A stretch of 11,263 bases of DNA. Source: PVC group bacterium (GTDB taxonomy: Bacteria > GCA-001730085 > JADFSZ01). Every line of letters starts with the position of its first letter. Position 1 is the stretch's first letter. Positions 1 through 7,537 of the stretch are shown here, piece after piece. The stretch covers positions 1 to 11,263 of the forward strand of contig JADFSZ010000040.1 in the NCBI GenBank assembly GCA_022560555.1, read 5' to 3'. The notes under the pieces are model-generated. The model saw only the letters and a list, made by a program, of their open reading frames with translations, was not told the origin of the DNA and made no database searches. Made by a program: the position numbers and the translations under genes.

Positions 1-300
1 CTCATCATGCAAAATGGTATTTACCGCGCCAATGTTCTTCGCATCCTCACTAATCTCATCCAAAAAGGGAAGGACCTTTTCTTTATGCGGAATTGTAAGG
101 TTGACACCGCGCAAATTCCGATTTCGAATGTCTTGGATCGCGTCCGTTAATTTGTCCGGCGGAACATCAAAGGCCTCGTAGGTATAATTTAAACCTAGTT
201 TTTTAAACGCACGGTTGTGCATGGCCGGTGAAGCCGAATGGCTCACGGGATGGGCAAAAATTCCGACGGTTATTTTCTTAGAGTTGGTATCAAAAGACAT
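1..300 (-). CDS. aroE: Shikimate 5-dehydrogenase, N-terminal 100 codons (gene continues past the window start)
   Basis: Absent from the ORF track because it runs off the edge. The reverse complement of 1-300 reads from ATG (300..298) as MSFDTNSKKITVGIFAHPVSHSASPAMHNRAFKKLGLNYTYEAFDVPPDKLTDAIQDIRNRNLRGVNLTIPHKEKVLPFLDEISEDAKNIGAVNTILHDE with no stop. It carries the shikimate-DH N-domain hallmarks (HSxSPxMHN, GxNxTxPHK, IGAVNT). Confidence 0.85.
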   Translation of the reverse strand, partial: MSFDTNSKKITVGIFAHPVSHSASPAMHNRAFKKLGLNYTYEAFDVPPDKLTDAIQDIRNRNLRGVNLTIPHKEKVLPFLDEISEDAKNIGAVNTILHDE

Positions 301-396
301 TTTAAACTCATAAAACATCACATCCGCGCTAACCCGGTTAGAATTCGGAGCGATATTTTAAAAAGCCTCTCATCCCCGATGGTGTTAAGCGCGCGG

Positions 397-1704
397 TTAA
401 ACAGCTTCTTTAGTTCTCCTAATCAACTTAATCTTTCTCAATATAAAGTCAACCAATATACCCGCATAAATAGCAACAACAGGATAAAAGATTATCCGAT
501 ATCGCGGACCGTCATAAAACACGAGTCCAATTAAAAATATCTGAGATGCAAGATACAAAATCAGGAGCGCGTTATACTTTGCTCGCAGTGCTAATACGAT
601 CCCGGTGACAAACGGCAAAAATAATATTTTGTAAGAAAGCATCTTTAGAGGGAAAAAGTATTCGAAATGTCTCTCATCTATTCCCAACTTTTTATACCAG
701 TCATACCAATCATCGTACGGAAGAAATGCCAAGGACATTTTCTTGACAATATACATAAGCGAATCAACCGGATGGGAGGTCAACTTAGTCTTTATATGTT
801 TCCAGTAAAAATCCGAAACATATGGTTCATATAATTCTTCATCGGAATCATACTTCAAATACCCGCTTATTTCTGAAACCAGAGGTGCGGGAAGTCCTTT
901 TTTCTCAATATCATATCTACGCCCCCCAACATCAAAATAGTTGCCGATAAAAATATTACCCGGCCCACTAGAAGTTATGGGAATAATTTTATTGTATATC
1001 TTATAGTTTCTCATTGTCCATGGGCTTAAAACTAAAAGACCGATACAAATGACATATACAGATTTTTTGACCCATATCCGCCTTTCGCGAAAGATGAGGT
1101 ACAGCACATAAAAAGGAATGAATGCCACGTTATTTGGTCTTGCTAGGCATGAGAGCATAATAAGTATCCATCCCAATACAAACAATAACTTGTTTCTAGA
1201 GTTAATTAAATCATTTTTAAATATCACCATAAATCCGGTAAAGAACAGAAAAGTTGTGAGGTTTTCTGTTAATATTGTGACCGTCGAAAAATAAGTTATT
1301 GACGAAAGGCCATAAATAATAGCAGAAATTAAGCCAACCGAACGACTACACAAGCTTTTCCCGATTTGGTATATTACAATAAGTAGCAAGGAGTTGATAA
1401 GCGCTTCGGCATATCGAACCAACTGATGATCTGGTCCGAACAATTTCCCCATACCCGCAAGAAATAACGGATAAAGAGGAGCCCGTGAGGCTCTTGGAAT
1501 ACCCGCATCATAAACAAATCCATTTCCATTCAATATATTGTTTGCTAACAACGTCAAACGCTTGGCATCATAGATTAAGCCGACGTCAGATTTTGCCACA
1601 AAAACAAATCGGCTAATCACACAAAACAGCAACAATAAGCAGCTCAATAATAGTACAAATTTATTAACGGACCAATTATTTGAATCATATTTTTTGCGCA
1701 TCAT
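397..1704 (-). CDS. Polytopic GT-C fold glycosyltransferase, ArnT/PMT_2 (GT39/GT83)-like
   Basis: 435-aa ORF with many hydrophobic segments. The N-terminal TM helix is followed by a loop (YDAKRLTLLANNILNGNGF...RAPLYPLFLAG) typical of undecaprenyl/dolichyl-phosphate-sugar dependent GT-C enzymes. No clear SD; ATG ATG start at 1704/1701. The family call is by motif resemblance only. Confidence 0.7.
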   Translation of the reverse strand: MMRKKYDSNNWSVNKFVLLLSCLLLLFCVISRFVFVAKSDVGLIYDAKRLTLLANNILNGNGFVYDAGIPRASRAPLYPLFLAGMGKLFGPDHQLVRYAEALINSLLLIVIYQIGKSLCSRSVGLISAIIYGLSSITYFSTVTILTENLTTFLFFTGFMVIFKNDLINSRNKLLFVLGWILIMLSCLARPNNVAFIPFYVLYLIFRERRIWVKKSVYVICIGLLVLSPWTMRNYKIYNKIIPITSSGPGNIFIGNYFDVGGRRYDIEKKGLPAPLVSEISGYLKYDSDEELYEPYVSDFYWKHIKTKLTSHPVDSLMYIVKKMSLAFLPYDDWYDWYKKLGIDERHFEYFFPLKMLSYKILFLPFVTGIVLALRAKYNALLILYLASQIFLIGLVFYDGPRYRIIFYPVVAIYAGILVDFILRKIKLIRRTKEAV

Positions 1705-1812
1705 TCAGCATTGTTATACATACAAAATTCGATATCGAACATTTTTTATCCTTATCGCATGAGAGTCTACCATAAGCGTTTTTTGATGTAAACGCTTCAC
1801 ATGACAAAACAT

Positions 1813-1845
1813 AAAAAAAGCCTCCGGAAAAATCCGGAGGCTTTT
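1813..1845 (-). terminator. Rho-independent terminator downstream of the OMP gene
   Basis: A perfect 10-bp stem (1819-1828 AGCCTCCGGA pairs with 1833-1842 TCCGGAGGCT) with a 4-nt loop. On the minus strand it is followed by a run of 7 T (A7 at 1813-1819). It lies 26 nt after the stop at 1868. Confidence 0.85.
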
Positions 1846-1867
1846 AGACTGCTTTTTAGATCGTTAC

Positions 1868-3406
1868 TTAGAACGCAACATTGACGCTGTATTCGAAGTA
1901 ATACGCTTCATCATTGTTACTGTCGCCGAGACCACTGGCAACCGCTGAGCCCGGAAAGTAGGCAGCTCCACGCCACTGGAACTGAACATCTTCCGTGTAG
2001 TCATAGATCAGTACGACGTCGATCTCATCGCCCATATCCTCATCATCTGTATAGGCATAATACAGACCCGTATCTGTCTGATAGAGACGTGCAACATCGT
2101 TGGACAGGGGTTCATCCAGCCAGAAGTGATAGTAGTCAACCGCAATGGTGAGTACTTCGGTCGGCATGAATGAGAAGAATGCATTTATGATGTGACCGTT
2201 ACTGGCAGCACCCATGTTCGGACCGCCGGCAATGTTGTCATAAATGATTCCTTGGGTCTGATGTTCATACATCGGATCCCAACCGTTATGCTTTCCTGTC
2301 ACGTCATTGAATTCATGACCTTCATAGAACGTGTACTGCAGACCAAAGTTCGGCTGATAAGGATTGTCCCACGTGTAGTCGAGACTCACTTGAGCCGCCA
2401 AAGCGCTTTGGTCATCATTCCTGTAAACTATTCCACCAACAGGGCCTATCTGTGCCACAGCATCATCGTTCCAGTCACCGACCTGATAAGCAATTTCACC
2501 GTTGAAGTACAGATTTTCATCAATCGGATAAATAGAGCCTTCAGCCCGTACGCCAAGCGTCACAATCTGGCGGTCGAAGGAGGATTCCTGGTTGTTGTTA
2601 TTCCCCGCGGACCCACCATCACCAAGACGGCTTGTCAGTTCGTTGAATTCACTGTTAGCGCCAGTCGCAAAACCCACATTTCCTCTATTCTGGTACCAGA
2701 CATAGGCTTCACCAATCCAGTCGTTAGAGAAAATATAGTTTACGTTTGTACCGATGATCCATTCATCTTCACCGGATAAGCCTATAGACATTCTTTCCTC
2801 TTCAATCATCGCGAACACAATGTCGATTGTGAGAGGATCGAAGTCCAGGATATAACGGGTCGCGTTGAACGCCAATTTGCGATCCAATTCATCGCTATCG
2901 GTATCACTCGCGTTACCTACGTTATCCCCGATAATGAATTCGTTGCCATAGTGAAGTTCCTGACGGCCGATAATCATGGTGAGATAGGAAAACCAGAATT
3001 CACTGATTTCCACCCACGCAAGATCGATTTCGACATTATAATCTTCACCATCCCTATCCAGCGCCGATGACCCACCTACGTTGCTGACACCGTCAACGTT
3101 ATTGGAAGCAACATCAATACCCCAAACAAAGTCAGCAATGATACGAATCATCGCACGCACATTGTCTGTGAGGTCAGCCTGGACATAGATACGAGCCCGT
3201 GTTTCAATCCATTGATCCGTATCTCCCTGAATAGCGTTTAAAGAAGGCGTGCCGCTGGCGTTAGCACGATCCAGGTCGTAGTTGTTTCTTAGGCGATAAG
3301 CTGTGCGGATATCACCGCCAACTTTCACATTTTGAACTTCAGCGTAAGCTGCGCTACACATAGCCACAACCAACACCAAGGCTCCTAGAATCGCTAATTT
3401 CTTCAT
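1868..3406 (-). CDS. Outer-membrane beta-barrel protein, alginate-export (AlgE)-like porin family, strongly acidic
   Basis: 512 aa. Sec signal peptide MKKLAILGALVLVVAMCSAAYA|EV. Alternating amphipathic beta-strand pattern and a C-terminal ...YSVNVAF with terminal Phe (the BAM recognition signature). The IGRQELHYGNEFIIGD motif resembles the conserved GRQ..YG motif of the alginate-export family. Strong SD (AAGGAG, 6 nt before the ATG). Hand count gives about 80 D+E against about 25 K+R. Confidence 0.8.
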   Translation of the reverse strand: MKKLAILGALVLVVAMCSAAYAEVQNVKVGGDIRTAYRLRNNYDLDRANASGTPSLNAIQGDTDQWIETRARIYVQADLTDNVRAMIRIIADFVWGIDVASNNVDGVSNVGGSSALDRDGEDYNVEIDLAWVEISEFWFSYLTMIIGRQELHYGNEFIIGDNVGNASDTDSDELDRKLAFNATRYILDFDPLTIDIVFAMIEEERMSIGLSGEDEWIIGTNVNYIFSNDWIGEAYVWYQNRGNVGFATGANSEFNELTSRLGDGGSAGNNNNQESSFDRQIVTLGVRAEGSIYPIDENLYFNGEIAYQVGDWNDDAVAQIGPVGGIVYRNDDQSALAAQVSLDYTWDNPYQPNFGLQYTFYEGHEFNDVTGKHNGWDPMYEHQTQGIIYDNIAGGPNMGAASNGHIINAFFSFMPTEVLTIAVDYYHFWLDEPLSNDVARLYQTDTGLYYAYTDDEDMGDEIDVVLIYDYTEDVQFQWRGAAYFPGSAVASGLGDSNNDEAYYFEYSVNVAF

Positions 3407-3584
3407 ATGTACTCCTTAGATTTTATATTCAAATTCTCTGCAAGATTCGAGACAGATCATCCGTCTCTTGACAACGTTTTAGGAGTGTTGTTCTCTTGCA
3501 AAGAGCGTATTTTTTTTATTTGTATATATTAAACACGTGTGAAGCACCGACCAAGGCCCTTCGGCGTTATTGAGAAATGTTTTA

Positions 3585-3593
3585 CCCCCCCCC
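3585..3593. repeat. C9 (G9 on the minus strand) homopolymer tract in the OMP upstream region
   Basis: Read directly: tttaCCCCCCCCCttc. It is flanked on the minus strand by TTGACC (3605..3600) and TAAAAC (3584..3579). Confidence 0.95.
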
Positions 3594-3671
3594 TTCTTTG
3601 GTCAAGATTTGTCCACCCACCTGTGTCTAAGACAAAGTTCCAACGACCAAGCTTCTATCGTTTCCCACATC

Positions 3672-3698
3672 TCGATTGCAAGGCATGCTTGCCATCGA
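3672..3698 (-). promoter_or_regulatory. 27-bp near-perfect palindrome: an operator or a 5' stem-loop of the OMP leader
   Basis: TCGATtGCAAGgcatgCTTGCcATCGA gives a 5+5 bp stem with a 1x1 mismatch and a 5-nt loop. It starts about 8-10 nt downstream of the predicted TSS of the consensus promoter at 3713-3740. Confidence 0.45.
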
Positions 3699-3712
3699 TT
3701 TCAAGTAGGGCT

Positions 3713-3740
3713 ATTATACGGAAACGGATGCACTTGTCAA
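3713..3740 (-). promoter_or_regulatory. Consensus sigma70 promoter reading toward the OMP gene
   Basis: The minus strand reads TTGACA (3740..3735), a 16-nt spacer, then TATAAT (3718..3713). Both hexamers match consensus perfectly. Predicted TSS is near 3706, about 300 nt upstream of the OMP ATG (3406). Confidence 0.6.
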
Positions 3741-3861
3741 TCCATTTTGCCGAAGAAAGCCCCTGAGTTTCAATCCAAAATTTAGTATAAGTTTATTGTA
3801 AGTGTATATAAAGAAATCTATTATACCTAATATCTTTATTATAAGTATATTAAAGCTTTTA

Positions 3862-3890
3862 TTGCTCTTACGCCTAAAAAATGGTATCTT
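3862..3890 (+). promoter_or_regulatory. Candidate extended -10 promoter for the MMPL transporter gene
   Basis: TTGCTC (3862-3867), a 17-nt spacer ending in TGg, then TATCTT (3885-3890). An AT-rich UP-like tract lies upstream (3780-3860). The SD AAGGA sits 6 nt before the ATG at 3909. Confidence 0.4.
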
Positions 3891-3908
3891 AGGTCGCAAG
3901 GAACCATT

Positions 3909-6683
3909 ATGAGCACGCAGAGTCTTTTAAGCACATTTTACAAAAAACTAGCCAAAAAAATAACCCTTTTCCCCTGGCGTATGCTCCTTGTGAGTCTCTT
4001 TTTAGTCATCGTGTGCCTGATATACACAGGTAAAAATCTCACGTTCAAAACCTCACGCGCGGATCTCTCAGACCCGACATATCCGGCTTCCAAACTGTAT
4101 CGGGCCTATTTAGAGGATTTCCGCCCAAGCGAAGCTCTCGTTGTGATGGCACAATCACCTCACCCGGGCGTCAACCAACAAGTCATCGAATTTATCGCGA
4201 CGGCGCTTAATGAGTATCCGAGTCTTTATGAGGGTATCTTCTATAAAGTTTCCTTTGACTTCCTCAAAGGCCGGGAACTCCAGTATGCCGATTTAGAAAA
4301 AATCAAAAAGATTGAAGAAACACTCTACGATTTAAAAAACCTGAGCCCCTTGCCGAACACGTCCATCCAATTAGAAGATTGGCTCTACAGCATTTCAGTT
4401 GGATTCGACCTGACTAAACTAAAGAAAAAAGGCATTAATCCCCAAGAATGGAAAGATCTTGATGGATTCGGCCGTTACTTGGGGCACGTCAACAACTACT
4501 TAAAGCGAGAAAACTTTACCCCGCCTCCAAAAACATTTTTCCCGTCAAATGATTTAGATGCCTCATTCTTTTCTTCTCCGGAATTGCCCAAGGACCTGGC
4601 CAAGACCCAATACAACACACTGTCTGACGGACGCATCTATTTACTTCTCACTTCTCCCATCGCTCAAGACAAGGGTTTCGATCCGTTTAAGAACCCCATC
4701 GAAACCTTACAAGCGATCATAACGGAGGCCCACTTAAAATTCCCCGATGTCGACATCGGCCTCACCGGAGAGCCTATTTTGGACAGCGATGAAATTCGTC
4801 TCAGCCGGTCAGACGGGACCAAAGCCGCCGTGATTTCTTTCGTAGTGATCATTCTCATATTTATTATTGGCTTCCGTGAGATTTTAAAACCTCTTCTTGT
4901 CACGGTATTCCTTGTCATGGCGATTATTTTATCTCTTGGATGGGCGACACTCGCGATTGGACATTTAAATATTTTGACGGTCGCCTTTGTCAGCATGCTC
5001 TTAGGCCTCGGGATTGATTACGGCATCCATCTCTTAGGGCGTTTTCAGGAAGAGCGTTACATTCACAACAAATCGTTTCAACAATCCATAGAGGTCGCCC
5101 TGTCAAAAACAGGTGTGGGCGTGACTGAAGGCGCGATCACAACTTCAGTGGCATTTTTTTGTATGATGATTTCCGATTTTCGGGGCATTCAGGAGTTAGG
5201 CATTATTACGGGCGGAGGTATTCTCCTGATAGCGCTTGTCATGCTGATTTTCATGCCTTCCGGCTTATGTCTTTTAGACAAATGGACCCATAAAAAACAT
5301 AAATCCCTGCAACATCCTCAAAAATTGGTTCTTGAATTTCACACGTCACCAAAACAAAAACCTTCTTTGGTCTGGGGGGCTTGCGTTATCCTTATTCTTG
5401 GGATCGTCCTTTTTGGCTGGGGCCTTCGACAGGCCCAAAACGTCAAAATTGATTACAATCTGCTCAATCTTCAGGACGCTTCTCTTGATTCTGTGAAATA
5501 TGAGCACATCCTCGCCCAAGAGAACGCGTCCAGCACGATGTTTGCCGTAGCCAAAGCAAAAAACAAAGCGGAAGCCAAAAGCAAAACAGACAAATTCAAG
5601 AATTTATCCGTTGTTCGTGACGTAATCAATCTTTATGAGCTTTTCCCGGATCAACTAAACGAAAAAACGCCTTTGATCAAGAATATCCGTTCTCTCGCGC
5701 ATGATCCCGCGATCAAAGCTTTTCAAAACCAATATCCGGTCAAAATGACATTTCTGAAGAAAACCCTTCAAAAACTCACAAAGAGAATAAAACTGATCCT
5801 GAATCACGGGGATGATCTTTCGCACAAAGAGGCACTGATCCTGCAAAATCTTTCAAGACAGGTTCAGACACTTAAAACACGCGTTGAACTCGACTCCTTA
5901 GCCGAAACAAAATTGAACACGTTAAACAATGTTCGCGGCAAATGGATAGAAGACCAACTCAGCTTCCTTCAGAATCAATCCGACACTCCCCTGGAGATTA
6001 AGGACCTTCCGGAATCTCTTCAAAACAGGTATTTTAGTCGTGACGGGAGCATTATTTTAGAGGTTTATCCCAATACGAATATTTGGGAGCGGGAAAATTT
6101 GGAAGACTTTGTTCTGCAGATAAGAACTGTCGATCCGGATACGATCGGAACCCCCGTTCTCAATTATGACTTTATTCGGATCATTATGCGGGGTTTTCGC
6201 CAAACAGCCATCTGGGCCGGGTTGGCGATTTTTGTGATTGTCTTTTTACAGTTTCGATCTTTCCTTCTAACAGCGTTGGCTTTTTTCCCTCTCCTGTTCG
6301 GACTTTCATGGAGTGTCGGGATGATGTCGCTGTTCAATATCCCGCTCAATCCGGCAAACATTATGGTTTTACCTCTTGTAATCGGCGTCGGCATTGATAA
6401 CGGGATTCATATTGTTCACCGGTTTCACGAATCCCGGTGGCGCTCTATTTTTCAGGGCAGCACGGGGCGATGTGTCTTGATTTCGTGTCTCACCACAATG
6501 GCAGGTTTCGCGTCGTTGAATATCGCCCATCATCGCGGCCTGGCAAGCATCGGCCTCTTAATGTGTATCTCCATCGGCGCAATATTAGTCGCCTCGCTTA
6601 CGGTATTGCCTGCTTGTTTATCGGTTCTGAACGCAGCCGCAAGTAAAAAATCAGGCCAACAAAAAATCGTTAATAAAAGTTAA
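3909..6683 (+). CDS. MMPL / HpnN-like RND superfamily transporter (12 TM, two large periplasmic domains)
   Basis: 924 aa with two repeated halves, each of 1 TM + periplasmic domain + 5 TM. The proton-relay-type motifs GLGIDYGIH (about 5004-5030) and GVGIDNGIH (about 6384-6410) lie in the TM4/TM10 equivalents, as in MmpL3/HpnN/Patched-type RND proteins. The second periplasmic domain carries a long helical insertion. No adjacent membrane-fusion (adaptor) gene. Confidence 0.85.
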   Translation: MSTQSLLSTFYKKLAKKITLFPWRMLLVSLFLVIVCLIYTGKNLTFKTSRADLSDPTYPASKLYRAYLEDFRPSEALVVMAQSPHPGVNQQVIEFIATALNEYPSLYEGIFYKVSFDFLKGRELQYADLEKIKKIEETLYDLKNLSPLPNTSIQLEDWLYSISVGFDLTKLKKKGINPQEWKDLDGFGRYLGHVNNYLKRENFTPPPKTFFPSNDLDASFFSSPELPKDLAKTQYNTLSDGRIYLLLTSPIAQDKGFDPFKNPIETLQAIITEAHLKFPDVDIGLTGEPILDSDEIRLSRSDGTKAAVISFVVIILIFIIGFREILKPLLVTVFLVMAIILSLGWATLAIGHLNILTVAFVSMLLGLGIDYGIHLLGRFQEERYIHNKSFQQSIEVALSKTGVGVTEGAITTSVAFFCMMISDFRGIQELGIITGGGILLIALVMLIFMPSGLCLLDKWTHKKHKSLQHPQKLVLEFHTSPKQKPSLVWGACVILILGIVLFGWGLRQAQNVKIDYNLLNLQDASLDSVKYEHILAQENASSTMFAVAKAKNKAEAKSKTDKFKNLSVVRDVINLYELFPDQLNEKTPLIKNIRSLAHDPAIKAFQNQYPVKMTFLKKTLQKLTKRIKLILNHGDDLSHKEALILQNLSRQVQTLKTRVELDSLAETKLNTLNNVRGKWIEDQLSFLQNQSDTPLEIKDLPESLQNRYFSRDGSIILEVYPNTNIWERENLEDFVLQIRTVDPDTIGTPVLNYDFIRIIMRGFRQTAIWAGLAIFVIVFLQFRSFLLTALAFFPLLFGLSWSVGMMSLFNIPLNPANIMVLPLVIGVGIDNGIHIVHRFHESRWRSIFQGSTGRCVLISCLTTMAGFASLNIAHHRGLASIGLLMCISIGAILVASLTVLPACLSVLNAAASKKSGQQKIVNKS

Positions 6684-7537
6684 ATGCGAGACCGTTTTTT
6701 GGTGGATTTTTTTGATGGGGAGGTGCTAATGGTTTTCTGATCCAAGGTACCCGGTTTTAAGAGCATGTCGATTTCACCGAGAAACACCTGAGTTCGAATA
6801 CGGACAGGAACACGTTTTTCATCATTGGACATCCACAGGACAATCCCGTTTTTGGTGATCTCATTATCACCGTTGGGAACAATTTTTTCCACGTCCACTT
6901 CCACACGGATGGTGTCAAAAACACCCCGGTTGCGAATTTCAATTTCTTCTTTTTCTTTGGCATGAACTCGTAATTTATAGTGCTTTTTATTCGAATCGAC
7001 ATAAAAATCCACATGAGTTCCTATTTCGAGATCCACCATTCGAAACAAATAAAAGCTGGACAGGGTATCTTTGGACTTTTCCATAACCTGAATTTCTTCT
7101 TCACCGGATTTTTCAACATATTTGGCAGTCCCCATTTCGGGATTATACGTCACAACCTGGTCTTTCTCATAATGTCCTTCCCGAAGGCGCTTTTCATATC
7201 TTAAAGAGTATAATTCTTTCGCGTCCGCGATTGATTCAATTCGATCCCGAACCTCATAAAATACGGACAAAAACCGGTTCGATTCGGCCGTGAGAACAAA
7301 ATGAAACGCTTCCTTTCCCTCATACTCGATCATATCAAGAATTTCCATCTTAATCTCACCGCACGGAATTCCCGACCAATACACATCATAAAGCAGAACC
7401 TCTCCCGGATGCAAAAAGTCTATGGCCGAAGGCCTATCCGGAGCCTCCGCAAAAGCATTTGAAAAAACACAGGCCATGCCGAGAAGGCAGCAAATCTTAA
7501 TTGTTAAGAAAAATTTCACACGCTTTGAAAACATCAT
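6680..7537 (-). CDS. Secreted DUF3108 domain protein
   Basis: The track ORF starts at GTG 7543; ATG codons at 7537 and 7534 are more likely starts. Signal peptide MFSKRVKFFLTIKICCLLGMACVFSNAFA|EAP. GEVLLYDVYWSGIPCGEIKMEI followed by an all-beta pattern is typical of DUF3108. The 5' end overlaps the GT9 gene by 38-47 nt, and the stop overlaps the convergent MMPL stop. Confidence 0.7.
   Translation of the reverse strand: MMFSKRVKFFLTIKICCLLGMACVFSNAFAEAPDRPSAIDFLHPGEVLLYDVYWSGIPCGEIKMEILDMIEYEGKEAFHFVLTAESNRFLSVFYEVRDRIESIADAKELYSLRYEKRLREGHYEKDQVVTYNPEMGTAKYVEKSGEEEIQVMEKSKDTLSSFYLFRMVDLEIGTHVDFYVDSNKKHYKLRVHAKEKEEIEIRNRGVFDTIRVEVDVEKIVPNGDNEITKNGIVLWMSNDEKRVPVRIRTQVFLGEIDMLLKPGTLDQKTISTSPSKKSTKKRSRI

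Noticed and set aside
238-534. 98-aa plus-strand ORF spanning the aroE start and the GT-C gene end
   Set aside because: It is antisense to two supported minus-strand genes and the spacer between them, and has no motif or RBS.
1705-1800. Leaderless-mRNA promoter (TATAAC at 1718..1713, 8 nt before the ATG) and AAGCGTTT/AAACGCTT palindrome (1774-1797) upstream of the GT-C gene
   Set aside because: There is no acceptable -35 or TGn extension for the -10-like hexamer. The palindrome has no U-tract and no second copy in the window. The evidence is too thin to call a feature.
2192-2779. 195-aa plus-strand ORF nested antisense inside the OMP gene
   Set aside because: It is fully contained in a much better supported minus-strand CDS with a signal peptide, beta-barrel pattern and C-terminal Phe. 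It has no RBS, and the translation is Val/Ile/Thr/Arg-rich with no recognisable motif. It is probably the usual open antisense frame of a gene poor in TTA/CTA/TCA codons.
3493-3518. CTCTT-GCA-AAGAG hairpin followed by T8 on the plus strand, a terminator-like shape
   Set aside because: The stem is only 5 bp and AT-rich, and no plus-strand gene upstream would need termination. At most it blocks antisense transcription into the OMP gene. More likely it is part of the AT-rich leader or UP region.
3579-3625. G-quadruplex potential on the minus strand (GGTGGGTGG ... G9)
   Set aside because: It does not fit the canonical four-run G3+N1-7 pattern. The G-runs are separated by about 24 nt, and only the G9 tract is substantial.
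3539-3899. Track ORFs in the divergent intergenic region: 3539-3766 (+), 3570-3785 (+) and 3714-3899 (-)
   Set aside because: They use non-ATG or weak starts, lack SDs, overlap one another in different frames, and cross the C9 tract and the consensus promoter. Their peptides (Pro/Arg/Ser-rich or Ile/Phe/Lys-rich) look like translated non-coding DNA. The region is better explained as promoters plus a leader RNA.
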